DNA of 64,000 nucleotides from Longimicrobiales bacterium (GTDB lineage Bacteria; Gemmatimonadota; Gemmatimonadetes; Longimicrobiales; Gaopeijiaceae): the NCBI GenBank assembly GCA_965116905.1, contig OZ220732.1, positions 1,760,001 to 1,824,000 of the forward strand, read 5' to 3'. Both the position numbers and the translations under genes were made by a program. Below, in pieces: positions 9,882-19,558 of the stretch. Every line of letters starts with the position of its first letter. Position 1 is the stretch's first letter. The notes under the pieces are model-generated. The model had not been told where the DNA came from, did not search any database, and was given only the letters and a program-made list of their open reading frames with translations.

Positions 9882-10661
9882 TCAGAGGTCGAAGTCCGCC
9901 ACCACCGGCGCGTGGTCCGACGGGATGTCGGTCTTCTTGCCTTTCCGCTGGTTCCGGTCCACCCATGCGCCGGTCGACGCCTCCGCCACCGGCAGCGTGG
10001 CGAAGATGTGATCGATCCGCAGGCCGTCGTTGCGGGGGAAGGCGAGGCGCCGGTAGTCCCACCAGCTGTAGAGGCCGCCCTGGGGGTGGTGCTTCCGGAC
10101 CACGTCGATCAGTCCCCAGTCCCGGATGCGCTCGAGCGCCTCGCGTGCTTCGGCGTGGCACAGGACGCTCGCCGCCCACCGCTCCGGATTCTCGGCGTCC
10201 TGGTCGTCGGGGGCGACGTTGAAGTCGCCGGTCAGCACGACCGCGTCGGCCGGGTCGTGGTGGCGCTCCAGGAGGCCCAGGAGCCGTCCCATCCATGCCA
10301 GCTTGTAGGCGTACGACTCGGAGCCGACCGTGCGTCCGTTGGGGAAGTACGCCGAATACACCGTGACCCCCTGGACGCGGCCGCCGATCAGGCGCGCCTG
10401 GGGGTCGTCCGCGTCGCCATCCATCCCCCGGCGTATCTCCGTGATCGGGTGGGGGCTCAGGAGGGCGACGCCGTTGTAGGCCCGCTGGCCGAGCACCGCC
10501 GACTCGTAGCCCTCGTCCTGCACCGCCTCCGCGGGGTAGGCCTCGTCGGTGGTCTTGAGTTCCTGGAGGCAGAGCGCGTCCGGGCGGTGGTCGCGCAGCC
10601 ACTGGATAAGCCGCGCCCGCCGGGCCTTGACCGAGTTCACGTTCCAGGTGGCGATTCGCAT
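9882..10661 (-). CDS. xth: Exodeoxyribonuclease III
   Basis: MRIATWNVNS, CLQELK, GDFNVAP, GLRIDH, SDHAPV. Confidence 0.95.
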   Translation of the reverse strand: MRIATWNVNSVKARRARLIQWLRDHRPDALCLQELKTTDEAYPAEAVQDEGYESAVLGQRAYNGVALLSPHPITEIRRGMDGDADDPQARLIGGRVQGVTVYSAYFPNGRTVGSESYAYKLAWMGRLLGLLERHHDPADAVVLTGDFNVAPDDQDAENPERWAASVLCHAEAREALERIRDWGLIDVVRKHHPQGGLYSWWDYRRLAFPRNDGLRIDHIFATLPVAEASTGAWVDRNQRKGKKTDIPSDHAPVVADFDL

Positions 10662-10668
10662 GGCTGGA

Positions 10669-10690
10669 AATGTAAACCCGGATTTACATT
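10669..10690. promoter_or_regulatory. Palindromic operator candidate AATGTAAA-N6-TTTACATT
   Basis: Perfect 8-bp inverted repeat in the AT-rich gap between divergent xth and aminoacylase genes. Confidence 0.45.
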
Positions 10691-10746
10691 GTGTAATCTC
10701 GAGCTTACGAGATCCTCGCCCACGACCAGAAATCCCGGGAGAACGC

Positions 10747-12345
10747 ATGCGATCCGCACTCGCCCTCATTCCCGCCCTGATCCTCGCCGCCGCGCCGGGG
10801 CCGCCCGCCTCGGCCCAGACCTATGACGTGCTGATCACCGGAGGCACCGTCGTGGACGGCACCGGGGCCGACCGATTCCGCGCCGATGTCGCCGTGGTCG
10901 ACGGCCGCATCGCGCTGGTGTCCCCGGAGCCCATTGACCCGTCCCTTGCGGCCACCGTAATCGATGCCACCGGCCAGGTCGTGACTCCCGGCTTCATCGA
11001 CAACCACTCCCATGTCCAGCAGACGATCGCGGAGTATCCGCTCGCCGAGAACTTCCTGCGGCAGGGGATCACGTCGCTGATCGTGTCGCTGCACTCCGGC
11101 GACCAGCCGTGGCCGCTGGAAGAGTTCGCCTCGGGGCTGACGATGGCGCCCAACGTGGGGTTCTTCGCGGGCCACACCTGGACGCGCAAGCAGGTGATGG
11201 GCATGGAGAACCGCGCGCCCACGCCGGCCGAGCTCGACGAGATGCGGGCGCTCGTCGACCAGTCGATGCGCGAGGGGGCGCTCGGCTTTTCGACGGGACT
11301 CCTGTACGTGCCCGCCAACTTTGCCGAGACCGAGGAGGTCATCGAGCTGGCCAAGGTCGCGTCGGCGCACGGCGGCATCTACGTGAGCCACATGCGCAAC
11401 GAGGCGAGCGGGCTGCTGGAGTCGGTGGCCGAAGTGATCCGGATCGCGGAGGAGGCTGACATCCCGGCCCAGATCAATCACCACAAGGCCTCCGGGGCGG
11501 GGCAGTGGGGCTGGAGCGAGAGGAGTCTGGCGATGATCGACTCGGCCAACGCGGCCGGGCTGACCGTCACGCACGACCTGTATCCGTACGCGGCCTCGAG
11601 TACGAGTTCGGCCATCCTGTTTCCGCAGTGGGCGCTGGCCGGCGGAGCCGAGGACTTCGCGGCCCGGGTTGCCGATCGCGAAACGCGGGCGCGCATGGAG
11701 GAGGATATGCGGCGCATCATCATGACCGACCGGGTCGGTGCCGACATGTCGCGGATCCAGTTCCGGGTGCTGGGCTCGGACGAGTCCTACAACGGCAGGA
11801 CGCTCGCCGACTACGCCGCCGACCGGGGCCTCCCGAACGACCTGGAGACGGGCATCCAGCTCGCGATCGAGCTGCAGCTCCAGGGCGGCTTCAGCGCCAT
11901 TTACCACGCCATGGACGAGGGGGACGTGATCCGGATCATGCAGCATCCGCTGGCGATGATCGAGACGGACGGGGACGCGGTGGGCTACGGGATCGGCTAC
12001 CCGCACCCGCGCAGCTATGGCGCGTTCCCGCGGGTGCTTGCCAGGTATGTGCGCGAACTGGGTGTGATCACGCTGGAGGAGGCCGTGATGAAGATGACCT
12101 CGATGCCGGCCCGGTGGCTGGGCCGCGAGGACATGGGGGTGATCGCCGAGGGCATGCGCGCGGACGTCGCGGTCTTCGATCCCGACGTGATCGCGGACCG
12201 CGCGACGTTTTCGGACCCGCACCAGTACAGCGTGGGGATCAACGACCTGCTGGTGAACGGGGTCCCGGTGATCCGCAGCGGCGGCCTGACCGGCGAGAAG
12301 CCGGGGCGGTGGCTGCGCGGGCCGGTGCGGAGGCCGGTGAGTTAG
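10747..12345 (+). CDS. N-acyl-D-amino-acid deacylase (D-aminoacylase) family amidohydrolase, secreted
   Basis: Signal peptide; PGFIDNHSH; STGLLY; SHMRNE; HPRSYGAFPR. Confidence 0.9.
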   Translation: MRSALALIPALILAAAPGPPASAQTYDVLITGGTVVDGTGADRFRADVAVVDGRIALVSPEPIDPSLAATVIDATGQVVTPGFIDNHSHVQQTIAEYPLAENFLRQGITSLIVSLHSGDQPWPLEEFASGLTMAPNVGFFAGHTWTRKQVMGMENRAPTPAELDEMRALVDQSMREGALGFSTGLLYVPANFAETEEVIELAKVASAHGGIYVSHMRNEASGLLESVAEVIRIAEEADIPAQINHHKASGAGQWGWSERSLAMIDSANAAGLTVTHDLYPYAASSTSSAILFPQWALAGGAEDFAARVADRETRARMEEDMRRIIMTDRVGADMSRIQFRVLGSDESYNGRTLADYAADRGLPNDLETGIQLAIELQLQGGFSAIYHAMDEGDVIRIMQHPLAMIETDGDAVGYGIGYPHPRSYGAFPRVLARYVRELGVITLEEAVMKMTSMPARWLGREDMGVIAEGMRADVAVFDPDVIADRATFSDPHQYSVGINDLLVNGVPVIRSGGLTGEKPGRWLRGPVRRPVS

Positions 12346-12381
12346 GAGGTCCGTGGACAAGGCGTAGCGGGTAATTGTCAG

Positions 12382-12408
12382 AAATTTCGGATACGCATTC
12401 CGAATTTT
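12382..12408. promoter_or_regulatory. Inverted repeat AAATTTCGGA-N7-TCCGAATTTT upstream of AAA ATPase gene
   Basis: 10-bp arms with 1 mismatch in an AT-rich region ending 16 bp before the ATG. Confidence 0.4.
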
Positions 12409-12424
12409 CACGTTATCTTACGGT

Positions 12425-13618
12425 ATGCTTGCACGCCTCGACTATCTGCGGCGGCTGGAAATCTCGACAGCGCGCGCTCCCGTCACCGCGCTGCTCGGGC
12501 CGCGACAATGCGGGAAAACCACGCTGGCACGACAGTTCGCCGCTGGGCGCAACGCCACCCGCTTCGACCTGGAGTCGGAGCCGGACATCCGCCGGCTGGC
12601 CAATCCCGAACTCGTTCTGGGATCCCTGGATGGACTGGTCGTGCTGGACGAAATCCAGCGGATGCCGAAGCTCTTTTCGGCTCTTCGGGTCTTGGTGGAC
12701 CGGCCGGATTCGCGCACGCGCTTTCTGATTCTGGGCAGTGCCGCGCCGGACCTGGTGCGCGGCGTCTCGGAATCGCTGGCCGGGCGGGTCGAACTCATCG
12801 AAATGAGTGGCTTCGGCCTGGAGGAGACCGGAGTGTCCCAGTGGCGCGACCTCTGGTTGCGCGGAGGCTTTCCCCGCTCCTATCTGGCGGCGTCGGACGA
12901 TGACAGCCGTGCCTGGCGGGATTCGTTCGTAAGCACGTTCCTGGAACGGGACGTGCCCCAGCTCGGGATTTCCATTCCGTCCGCGGCGTTGCGGCGCTTC
13001 TGGACCATGCTGGCGCATTCGCACGGCCAGACATGGAACGCGTCCAACCTGGGCCGCGCGCTGTCGCTGTCCGACAAGACGGTTCGCCGTTATCTGGATC
13101 TGCTCACCGGCACCTTCATGGTCCGGCAACTGCAGCCGTGGTTTCACAACATCGCCAAACGCCAGGTCAAGGCACCGAAGGTCTACCTGCGCGACACGGG
13201 TTTGCTTCACACCCTTCTGGGTATCCCCCACGATGCGGGGCTGCTCTCGCATCCGCGTGTGGGAGCTTCCTGGGAGGGGTTCGTGATCGAGCAGCTGCTG
13301 CGCGTCCTGCGTCCGGCCGATGCCTGGTTCTGGGCCGCGCACGGGGGCGGAGAGCTGGATTTGCTGGCCACCATCGATGGCCGGTGGACGGGATTCGAGA
13401 TCAAGTTCAGCGAGTCCCCGTCCGTTTCGCGCAGGACCAGGGCCACGGCCGATGCGCTGGAGGTCGATCACCTGTTCGTGGTCTGCCCCGCGCCGCGAGC
13501 CTATCCGGTCAGCGACCGTATCACGGTAGTCCCGCTGTGGGAGATCGACACGCTTCGCGAGCGGATCGGGGGACGCCAGATCGGGGGACGCCAGCCAGCG
13601 CCGACGGACCAGGCTTAG
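12425..13618 (+). CDS. AAA_14 + DUF4143 ATP-binding protein
   Basis: Walker A GPRQCGKT, Walker B VVLDEIQ, SESLAGR, GGFP, KVYLRDTG, C-terminal ELD...FEIK nuclease-like motif. Confidence 0.9.
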   Translation: MLARLDYLRRLEISTARAPVTALLGPRQCGKTTLARQFAAGRNATRFDLESEPDIRRLANPELVLGSLDGLVVLDEIQRMPKLFSALRVLVDRPDSRTRFLILGSAAPDLVRGVSESLAGRVELIEMSGFGLEETGVSQWRDLWLRGGFPRSYLAASDDDSRAWRDSFVSTFLERDVPQLGISIPSAALRRFWTMLAHSHGQTWNASNLGRALSLSDKTVRRYLDLLTGTFMVRQLQPWFHNIAKRQVKAPKVYLRDTGLLHTLLGIPHDAGLLSHPRVGASWEGFVIEQLLRVLRPADAWFWAAHGGGELDLLATIDGRWTGFEIKFSESPSVSRRTRATADALEVDHLFVVCPAPRAYPVSDRITVVPLWEIDTLRERIGGRQIGGRQPAPTDQA

Positions 13619-13635
13619 CCAGGTGGTTAGTCAAC

Positions 13636-15699
13636 CTACCCGTCCGCCGTCGGCCGCGGCTCCCGCAGGTACTTGTTGAACCAGACCAGGATCCGCTCCG
13701 ACACGTCCATCAGGAACTTGGGCTCGGTGGGGCCGTGCGGAGTGCGGGGATAGACGACGAACTCGGTGTCGACCCCGAGGCGGACCAGCGACGTGTAGAA
13801 CTCCTGTCCCTGCGTGAACGGCACGCGCAGGTCGAGGGCGCCGTGAATGACCTGGGTGGGAGTGGTCACGTTCTTGATGTGGTAGATCGCCGAGTGCTTC
13901 TCGTAGGTCTCGTAGTCGTTGAAGTACTCATCGCCCAGGTGGCCCACGAGGTAGTCGCCGATGTCGGTGGTCGTGACCATGCTCACCAGGTTGGGCAGGC
14001 CGGCGCCCATGGAGGCTGCGCGGAAGCGGTCGGTCTGCGTGACGGCGAACGACGTCATGTAGCCGCCGTAGCTCCAGCCCATCAGCAGCAGGCTGTCCGG
14101 GTGGGCCACGCCCATCTCGATCACTTCGTCCACGCCCGCCAGCAGGTCGGAGAGGTCGCCATATCCCCAATCCATGAAGTTCGCGTAGCGGAATTCCTTG
14201 CCGTAACCGGTGCTCCCGCGCGGGTTCGGACGCAGCACCGCCATCCCCTCCTGGGCGAAGTACTGGATCATGTAGATGCTGGGATTCCCCGTGAAGGACT
14301 GGGCGAACACGCCCGCGGGACCCCCGTGCACGTTGAGGATCAGCGGGACCTGGCTCCCCTCCTCGTATCCGACCGGATAGGTCAGCAGGCCCTCGACCGG
14401 AGTGCCGTCGGGCGCCTCCCAGGCCAGCAGTTCGGTGCGGCCCATCGGCGGACGCGGCACGTCGGCGGTGACGCTGCTCAGCTGCATGGGACGGAAGGCG
14501 TCCAGTCCCGTGACATGGACTTCGCGAGGCTCGTCGTTCGTCTCCCAGGTCACGGCCAGCCTTCCGGGGCCCGCCGCCAACGCCGTGCTGCCCACCACGC
14601 CCGCGCCTTCGGTGATCTGGCGGATCTCGCCGCCGCCGACCGGAACCGCGATCACGTGCCGGGTGGTGCCCAGCGACTCGTTCAGGAAGACCTCGTCCGA
14701 GTCGTCCGACCACCCGAGGATGAAGACGCTGCGGTTCGGGGTCTCCGGCAGGCGCCGCACGTTGCCGTCTTCGGGATCCACGACGTACAGGTCGCTGAGC
14801 CCGACGGGTTCGGGCTGATCCCCCGTCGAGGCGTAGGCGATCAGGGAACCGTCGGGCGACCAGCGGGGGGACGATTCGACGCCGGGGCCGGTGACGAGCT
14901 GGCTCACGTCGCCGCCATCGGCGGACACCAGCGCGATGTCGCCGGAAAGGCGGCCCGTGTTGATGCGGGGGTCGGCCTGGTGCGCAAAGACGAGCTGCGA
15001 CCCGTCCGGGGACCAGTCGAAGCCCGTAACGTGGAAGTCACCCTCGGTGACGCGCGCGGCCTCGGCGGCCTCGGTCGCCATGGGGTCGAAGGGGACGGTG
15101 TAGAGGTGGCCGTACTTGAAGTTCTGGTCCACCATCTCGACGTCGCGCTTCTCCTTCGCCGCCTTCTCCTCTTCCTCGGTCTGGGGGTCGCGCATGACGA
15201 AGGCAAAGGCGTCGCCCGCCGGGGACCAGCGGAACTGCCCCACTCCCGGCTTGGCGTCGGTGACCTGACGCGCCTCGCCCCCTGCCATGGCGATCACCCA
15301 GATCTGGCTCCTGCCCGAGCGGCCCGTGGAGAAGGCGAGCCACGCGCCGTCCGGCGAGAAGGCGGGGCTGCCCGCGGAGTGCTCGCCGCGCGTGAACTGG
15401 ACGTTGCGGCTGCCGTCGGCGTCGGCCACCCAGATGTGGCTCAGGTACTCGGACTTCTCGCCCTCCATGAGCGGCTCGCGAACCGTGTAGGCGACCTTCG
15501 TGCCGTCGTGCGATATCGCCAGTCCGCCGACCTGGTGGAACCGCATGCTGAGCGCGGGCGTCCAGCGGTCGTCGGCGGGGGTGGCGTCGGCGTCGGAGGT
15601 GGCGGCCGCGTCCTGGGCGACGGTGCGGGTGGGCGAGAGAATGCTGCAAAGTGCGGCGGCGGTCAGAAGAATCGGGGCGGATGCGCGAACGGTCTGCAT
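13636..15699 (-). CDS. S9 prolyl oligopeptidase/acylaminoacyl-peptidase family protein, secreted
   Basis: PD40-like WSPDG repeats, HGGP, GWSYGG, HGALDLRV, PRTPHG (S-D-H triad). Confidence 0.93.
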   Translation of the reverse strand: MQTVRASAPILLTAAALCSILSPTRTVAQDAAATSDADATPADDRWTPALSMRFHQVGGLAISHDGTKVAYTVREPLMEGEKSEYLSHIWVADADGSRNVQFTRGEHSAGSPAFSPDGAWLAFSTGRSGRSQIWVIAMAGGEARQVTDAKPGVGQFRWSPAGDAFAFVMRDPQTEEEEKAAKEKRDVEMVDQNFKYGHLYTVPFDPMATEAAEAARVTEGDFHVTGFDWSPDGSQLVFAHQADPRINTGRLSGDIALVSADGGDVSQLVTGPGVESSPRWSPDGSLIAYASTGDQPEPVGLSDLYVVDPEDGNVRRLPETPNRSVFILGWSDDSDEVFLNESLGTTRHVIAVPVGGGEIRQITEGAGVVGSTALAAGPGRLAVTWETNDEPREVHVTGLDAFRPMQLSSVTADVPRPPMGRTELLAWEAPDGTPVEGLLTYPVGYEEGSQVPLILNVHGGPAGVFAQSFTGNPSIYMIQYFAQEGMAVLRPNPRGSTGYGKEFRYANFMDWGYGDLSDLLAGVDEVIEMGVAHPDSLLLMGWSYGGYMTSFAVTQTDRFRAASMGAGLPNLVSMVTTTDIGDYLVGHLGDEYFNDYETYEKHSAIYHIKNVTTPTQVIHGALDLRVPFTQGQEFYTSLVRLGVDTEFVVYPRTPHGPTEPKFLMDVSERILVWFNKYLREPRPTADG

Positions 15700-15808
15700 G
15701 ACAATGTCCTCGGGCTGGGTCCTCGGGCTGGCTGAGCTATGCGAAGGGAGGGGCATAATGGGGCGCCAGCCGTTTGCCAACAAGCGGCCGTGGTCCCATC
15801 CTCCCCTC

Positions 15809-16639
15809 ATGACCGGTTCGCAAATGCTTTCGGGGGTGCGCATTGGCCTTCCCCCACGGGGCGAGGACGGCAACTTCCCGTTCGCGATTCCGGCGCTTCA
15901 GGGGTTGTCCGAGGTGGCCTTTCCGGGTCCCGTGACCGTTCTGGCGGGGGAGAACGGGTCCGGCAAGTCCACCCTGCTGGAAGCGCTCGCGATCGTCGGG
16001 AAACTGCCGACCGTGGGCGGTGCGGAGGCGACGGTGGACGAGTCGCTCGCGGGCTCGCGGAAGCTCGCGCGGGTGATGACCCCGATATGGAGGCAGAGAT
16101 CGCACCGCGGGTTCTTCCTGAGGGCGGAGGACTTCTTCGGTTTCGTACGGCGACTGGGGGCGATGAAGAGCGAAATGGAGGAGCGGCTGGCGGAGGTCGA
16201 CCGCGACTACGCGGACCGCTCGGACCTCGCCCGCAAGCTGGCGCGCGGTCCCGCGGCGGGCTCGCTGGCCGCCATGCGGTCGCGGTACGGGGACGATCTG
16301 GACGCCAACTCGCACGGCGAGAGCTTCCTGCGCCTGTTCCGCTCGCGGTTCGTTCCCGGCGGGCTCTACCTGCTCGACGAACCCGAGGCGGCGCTCTCGC
16401 CGCAGAGCCAGCTGGGCTTCGTGTCCATGATGAGCGACATGGTGGGCGAGGGCGGCCAGTTCGTCATCGCCACGCACTCACCGGTTCTGATGGCCGTGCC
16501 GGGTGCGACGCTGTACACCTTCGACGCCTCGCCGCTCGAGCGGGTGGAGTACGAGGCGCTGGAAGGGGTGACGCTGCTCCGGAGCTTCCTGCAGGCGCCC
16601 GAGCGCTACATGCGGCACATCTGGCGACCGCCGGCGTAG
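15809..16639 (+). CDS. Stand-alone ABC/AAA_21-type ATPase
   Basis: GENGSGKS, SHGESF signature, LLDEPEAALSP, IATHS. Confidence 0.88.
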   Translation: MTGSQMLSGVRIGLPPRGEDGNFPFAIPALQGLSEVAFPGPVTVLAGENGSGKSTLLEALAIVGKLPTVGGAEATVDESLAGSRKLARVMTPIWRQRSHRGFFLRAEDFFGFVRRLGAMKSEMEERLAEVDRDYADRSDLARKLARGPAAGSLAAMRSRYGDDLDANSHGESFLRLFRSRFVPGGLYLLDEPEAALSPQSQLGFVSMMSDMVGEGGQFVIATHSPVLMAVPGATLYTFDASPLERVEYEALEGVTLLRSFLQAPERYMRHIWRPPA

Positions 16640-16694
16640 CAGTCCGTGGATAAAGCCGCCCGAGCACCGAGAGCGGCAAGGTGCCCGGCCGAAG

Positions 16695-17321
16695 TCAGTT
16701 TGCCGCGGCGTCCTCGTTCCGTGCGGCCCGTTCCGCCTTGCCGGCGCGCCGCCGCTCCCGGGCCGCGTCCCACGCCGCGTCCATGTCCTTCACCGCCTGG
16801 TCAAGGACCGATTTCATGTCGCTGAACAGCTGCTCGTCCTCGATCCAGCCGACCGCGCCCTGGAAGGTGGTCCGCGCGAGGCGCGAGAGCTTGCGCGTCA
16901 GCTGGCTCATGTCACGTCCGAAGAGGCGGTGGCTGAACTTGGAGACACGCTCGAAGATGTGCTCGACGTGGTCGCGGTTTTCCTCCAGGTAGGCGCGGCC
17001 CGCGTCGGTGATCGAGTAGATCTTGCGCCCGCCCTGATCTCGTGACGAGACGTGGCCCTGGTCCTCGAGCAGCTGAAGGGTGGGGTACACGGAACCGGGG
17101 CTCGCCTTGTAGCAGCCCGCCGACTCCTCCTCCAGGGCCTGCATGACCTCGTAGCCGTGCATCGACTTCTCCTCGATCAGCGCGAGGATCGCGAACTTGA
17201 GATCGCCTCGCTCGAACCACTTCCAGCGCACTCGCCGCTGCCGCTGCCGCTGCCCGCGCCGCTCGGCGGAACCGAAGGGCCAGGGCCAATTGTCGAAATC
17301 GAGATAATCGTCGAATCTCAT
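16695..17321 (-). CDS. PadR-family transcriptional regulator
   Basis: RGDLKFAILALI, HGYEVM, SPGSVYPTLQLLED, RKIYSITDAG. Confidence 0.92.
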   Translation of the reverse strand: MRFDDYLDFDNWPWPFGSAERRGQRQRQRRVRWKWFERGDLKFAILALIEEKSMHGYEVMQALEEESAGCYKASPGSVYPTLQLLEDQGHVSSRDQGGRKIYSITDAGRAYLEENRDHVEHIFERVSKFSHRLFGRDMSQLTRKLSRLARTTFQGAVGWIEDEQLFSDMKSVLDQAVKDMDAAWDAARERRRAGKAERAARNEDAAAN

Positions 17322-17347
17322 TTGCTTCATCTCCCGTGGTTTGATTT

Positions 17348-17381
17348 GATGGTTTGACCAGATGGTTTGACCAGATGGTTT
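17348..17381. repeat. 13-bp tandem repeat GATGGTTTGACCA (x2.6) in PadR leader
   Basis: Copies at 17348, 17361 and partial at 17374. Confidence 0.8.
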
Positions 17382-17507
17382 AATGTGTCGCGATATATCT
17401 ACATAGACATTACGACATATCGGGACGAAAAGTGTCATATCGGCCGGCCGGTCCCCATATTGCGGGCAGGTTTCCTACCCGGCGCTCTTTCAGGAGGTCC
17501 TTCGGTC

Positions 17508-19550
17508 ATGCAGTCCCGTCACCGCCGCCCGCCCCTTGTCCAGGCCGCCCTGGCCGCGCTTGTCCTCCTTCCGCCCCTCCTTCTTCCGGGGCAGCCACTC
17601 CTTGCCCAGACCACGTGGCGGATCGAGGCCGACCCGTCCAGCCTGGTGATCGCGCGCGGAGAGAGCGCCGCCCTGGCCGTCCGGGTAGTGGACGGGGACG
17701 GACGGGTGTTGGACGAGGCCGTGCGGATGGTCGGCTCGCGGCGGGCCCTGTCCATGGGCGACGGGGTCGTGATGGGGCTGGAAGTCGGCGAGTGGGAGGT
17801 CATCGTGACGACGGCGCGGCCCGGTCCGGACGGCCGCCCCGCGCAGCTTGCCGTGCCCGTGGTGGTGGAGTGGCCGCCGGTCGTTCGGGTCGAAGTGACG
17901 GGCCCGCCCACGCTGTACGAGGGCACGACCGTGACCCATCGAGCCATTGCGCTGCACGGCGACGGCACGAACCGTCCCGGCGCCGATTTCGAGTGGCGGA
18001 CCAGCGATCCCGACCGCGCCGATGTGGACGCCTTCGGGCATGTGCGGGCCCTCGCCCCGGGCCCCGTGCGGATCGAGGCCGCGTTCGAGGGGGTGGCGGG
18101 CGCGGTGGAGCACACCGTGCGGGCATTCGCGGGGGCCTCGCTGGCGATCGTGGGTGGCGCGGACGGAGCCGTCCGCACGGGAGACGTGCAGACCTTCGCC
18201 GCGATCGTGCGTGACGCGGGCGGCGCGGTGATCGCGGATGCGCCCGTGGAGTGGAGCCACTCGTACGTGCCGGCGGTGGGGATCGTGGCACCGTCCGCGC
18301 CGGGCCAGATGGAGGACGGGCGCATCGTGGCCGACGTCCCGGGCGAGTTCACCGTGGTGGCGCGGTCGGGGGGGCTGAGGGCGACCCGCACCTTCGAGGC
18401 CGTGCAGCGGAAGGTCGTGCGCGCGATCGAGGTGGTGGGGCGGGGGCGCCAGGAGAGGGTGTACAGCACCGACTTCTGGGTGTTCGAGGGCGTGGACGGG
18501 CGCGACTACGCGCTGGTGGGCTCGAAGCAGTCCGACGGCCACGGGTTCGCGTTCGACATCACCGATCCCGAGAACGTCGTCAAGACCGACTCGGTCCAGG
18601 TGGATGCCCGTTCCGTCAACGACATCAAGGTCTCGCCGGACGGGCGCTACGCCTCGCTGACCCGCGAAGGCGCCTCGGACCGCCGCAACGGCGTGGTGAT
18701 CCTGGACCTGGCCGACCCGGCGCACCCGGTGATCGCCGCCGAATACACGGAGGGGCTGACCGGAGGCGTGCACAACGCCTTCCCCACCAACGACTACCTC
18801 TTCGCCCTGTCCAACGGGGACAAGTACGTGATTCTGGATGTCCGCGACATCTACAACCCGAAGTACGTCTCCGAGTACGATCACCCGAACAGCCGTGTCC
18901 ACGACGTGTGGGTCCATGACGGCATCGCGTATTCGGCGGAGTGGGGGACCGGGCTGGTCGTGGTCGATGTCGGCAACGGGCGCTGGGGCGGGACGATCGA
19001 ATCGCCCGTGTTCGTCACCAGCTACCCGGTACCGACCGGCGCCACGCACGCGGTGTTCCCCTACTGGTCCGAGTCGGCGGGCAAGTTCTACGTCTTCATC
19101 GGCGACGAGATCCTGACGCGCGAAGGGATGGCCTGGGAGGGAGCGGGTCCCGACTACCGCCAGAAGTACGACCCCGAAACCGGCCGCGGCGGCTACCCGC
19201 GCGCGAGCTGGGGCTATATCCAGGTCATTGATTTCGACGATCCCGAGAACCCCCGCATGGTGGCCCGCTACGAGGTCTCGGAGTTCGGCACGCACAACAT
19301 CTGGGTCGAGGACGACATCCTCTACCAGGCCTACTACGAGGGCGGCATGCGCCTTGTCGACGTCTCCGGAGAACTCATGGGGAACCTGTACACGCAGGGG
19401 CGCGAGGTTTCCGTCTACAAGGCGTTCGACCCGGTGGGGTTCATTCCCAACTCGCCCGGAGCGTGGAGCGTGATGCCCCACCGCGACCTGGTCTGGTTCG
19501 CGGACATCAACTCCGGGCTGTGGGCGCTGAGACTGTCGGAGTCGCCGTAG
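17508..19550 (+). CDS. Secreted Ig-like + LVIVD-repeat beta-propeller protein (paralog 1)
   Basis: AGGAGG RBS; signal peptide; WRTSDPDRADVD Big_2-like motif; VVILDLADP/LVVVDV repeats; HDVWV, HNIWV. Confidence 0.8.
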   Translation: MQSRHRRPPLVQAALAALVLLPPLLLPGQPLLAQTTWRIEADPSSLVIARGESAALAVRVVDGDGRVLDEAVRMVGSRRALSMGDGVVMGLEVGEWEVIVTTARPGPDGRPAQLAVPVVVEWPPVVRVEVTGPPTLYEGTTVTHRAIALHGDGTNRPGADFEWRTSDPDRADVDAFGHVRALAPGPVRIEAAFEGVAGAVEHTVRAFAGASLAIVGGADGAVRTGDVQTFAAIVRDAGGAVIADAPVEWSHSYVPAVGIVAPSAPGQMEDGRIVADVPGEFTVVARSGGLRATRTFEAVQRKVVRAIEVVGRGRQERVYSTDFWVFEGVDGRDYALVGSKQSDGHGFAFDITDPENVVKTDSVQVDARSVNDIKVSPDGRYASLTREGASDRRNGVVILDLADPAHPVIAAEYTEGLTGGVHNAFPTNDYLFALSNGDKYVILDVRDIYNPKYVSEYDHPNSRVHDVWVHDGIAYSAEWGTGLVVVDVGNGRWGGTIESPVFVTSYPVPTGATHAVFPYWSESAGKFYVFIGDEILTREGMAWEGAGPDYRQKYDPETGRGGYPRASWGYIQVIDFDDPENPRMVARYEVSEFGTHNIWVEDDILYQAYYEGGMRLVDVSGELMGNLYTQGREVSVYKAFDPVGFIPNSPGAWSVMPHRDLVWFADINSGLWALRLSESP

Positions 19551-19558
19551 CGGTCCCG

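Noticed and set aside
12425..16639. AAA_14/DUF4143 and AAA_21 ATPases as an anti-phage system
   Set aside because: Not adjacent to each other, no partner nuclease or effector gene, and both are common stand-alone families
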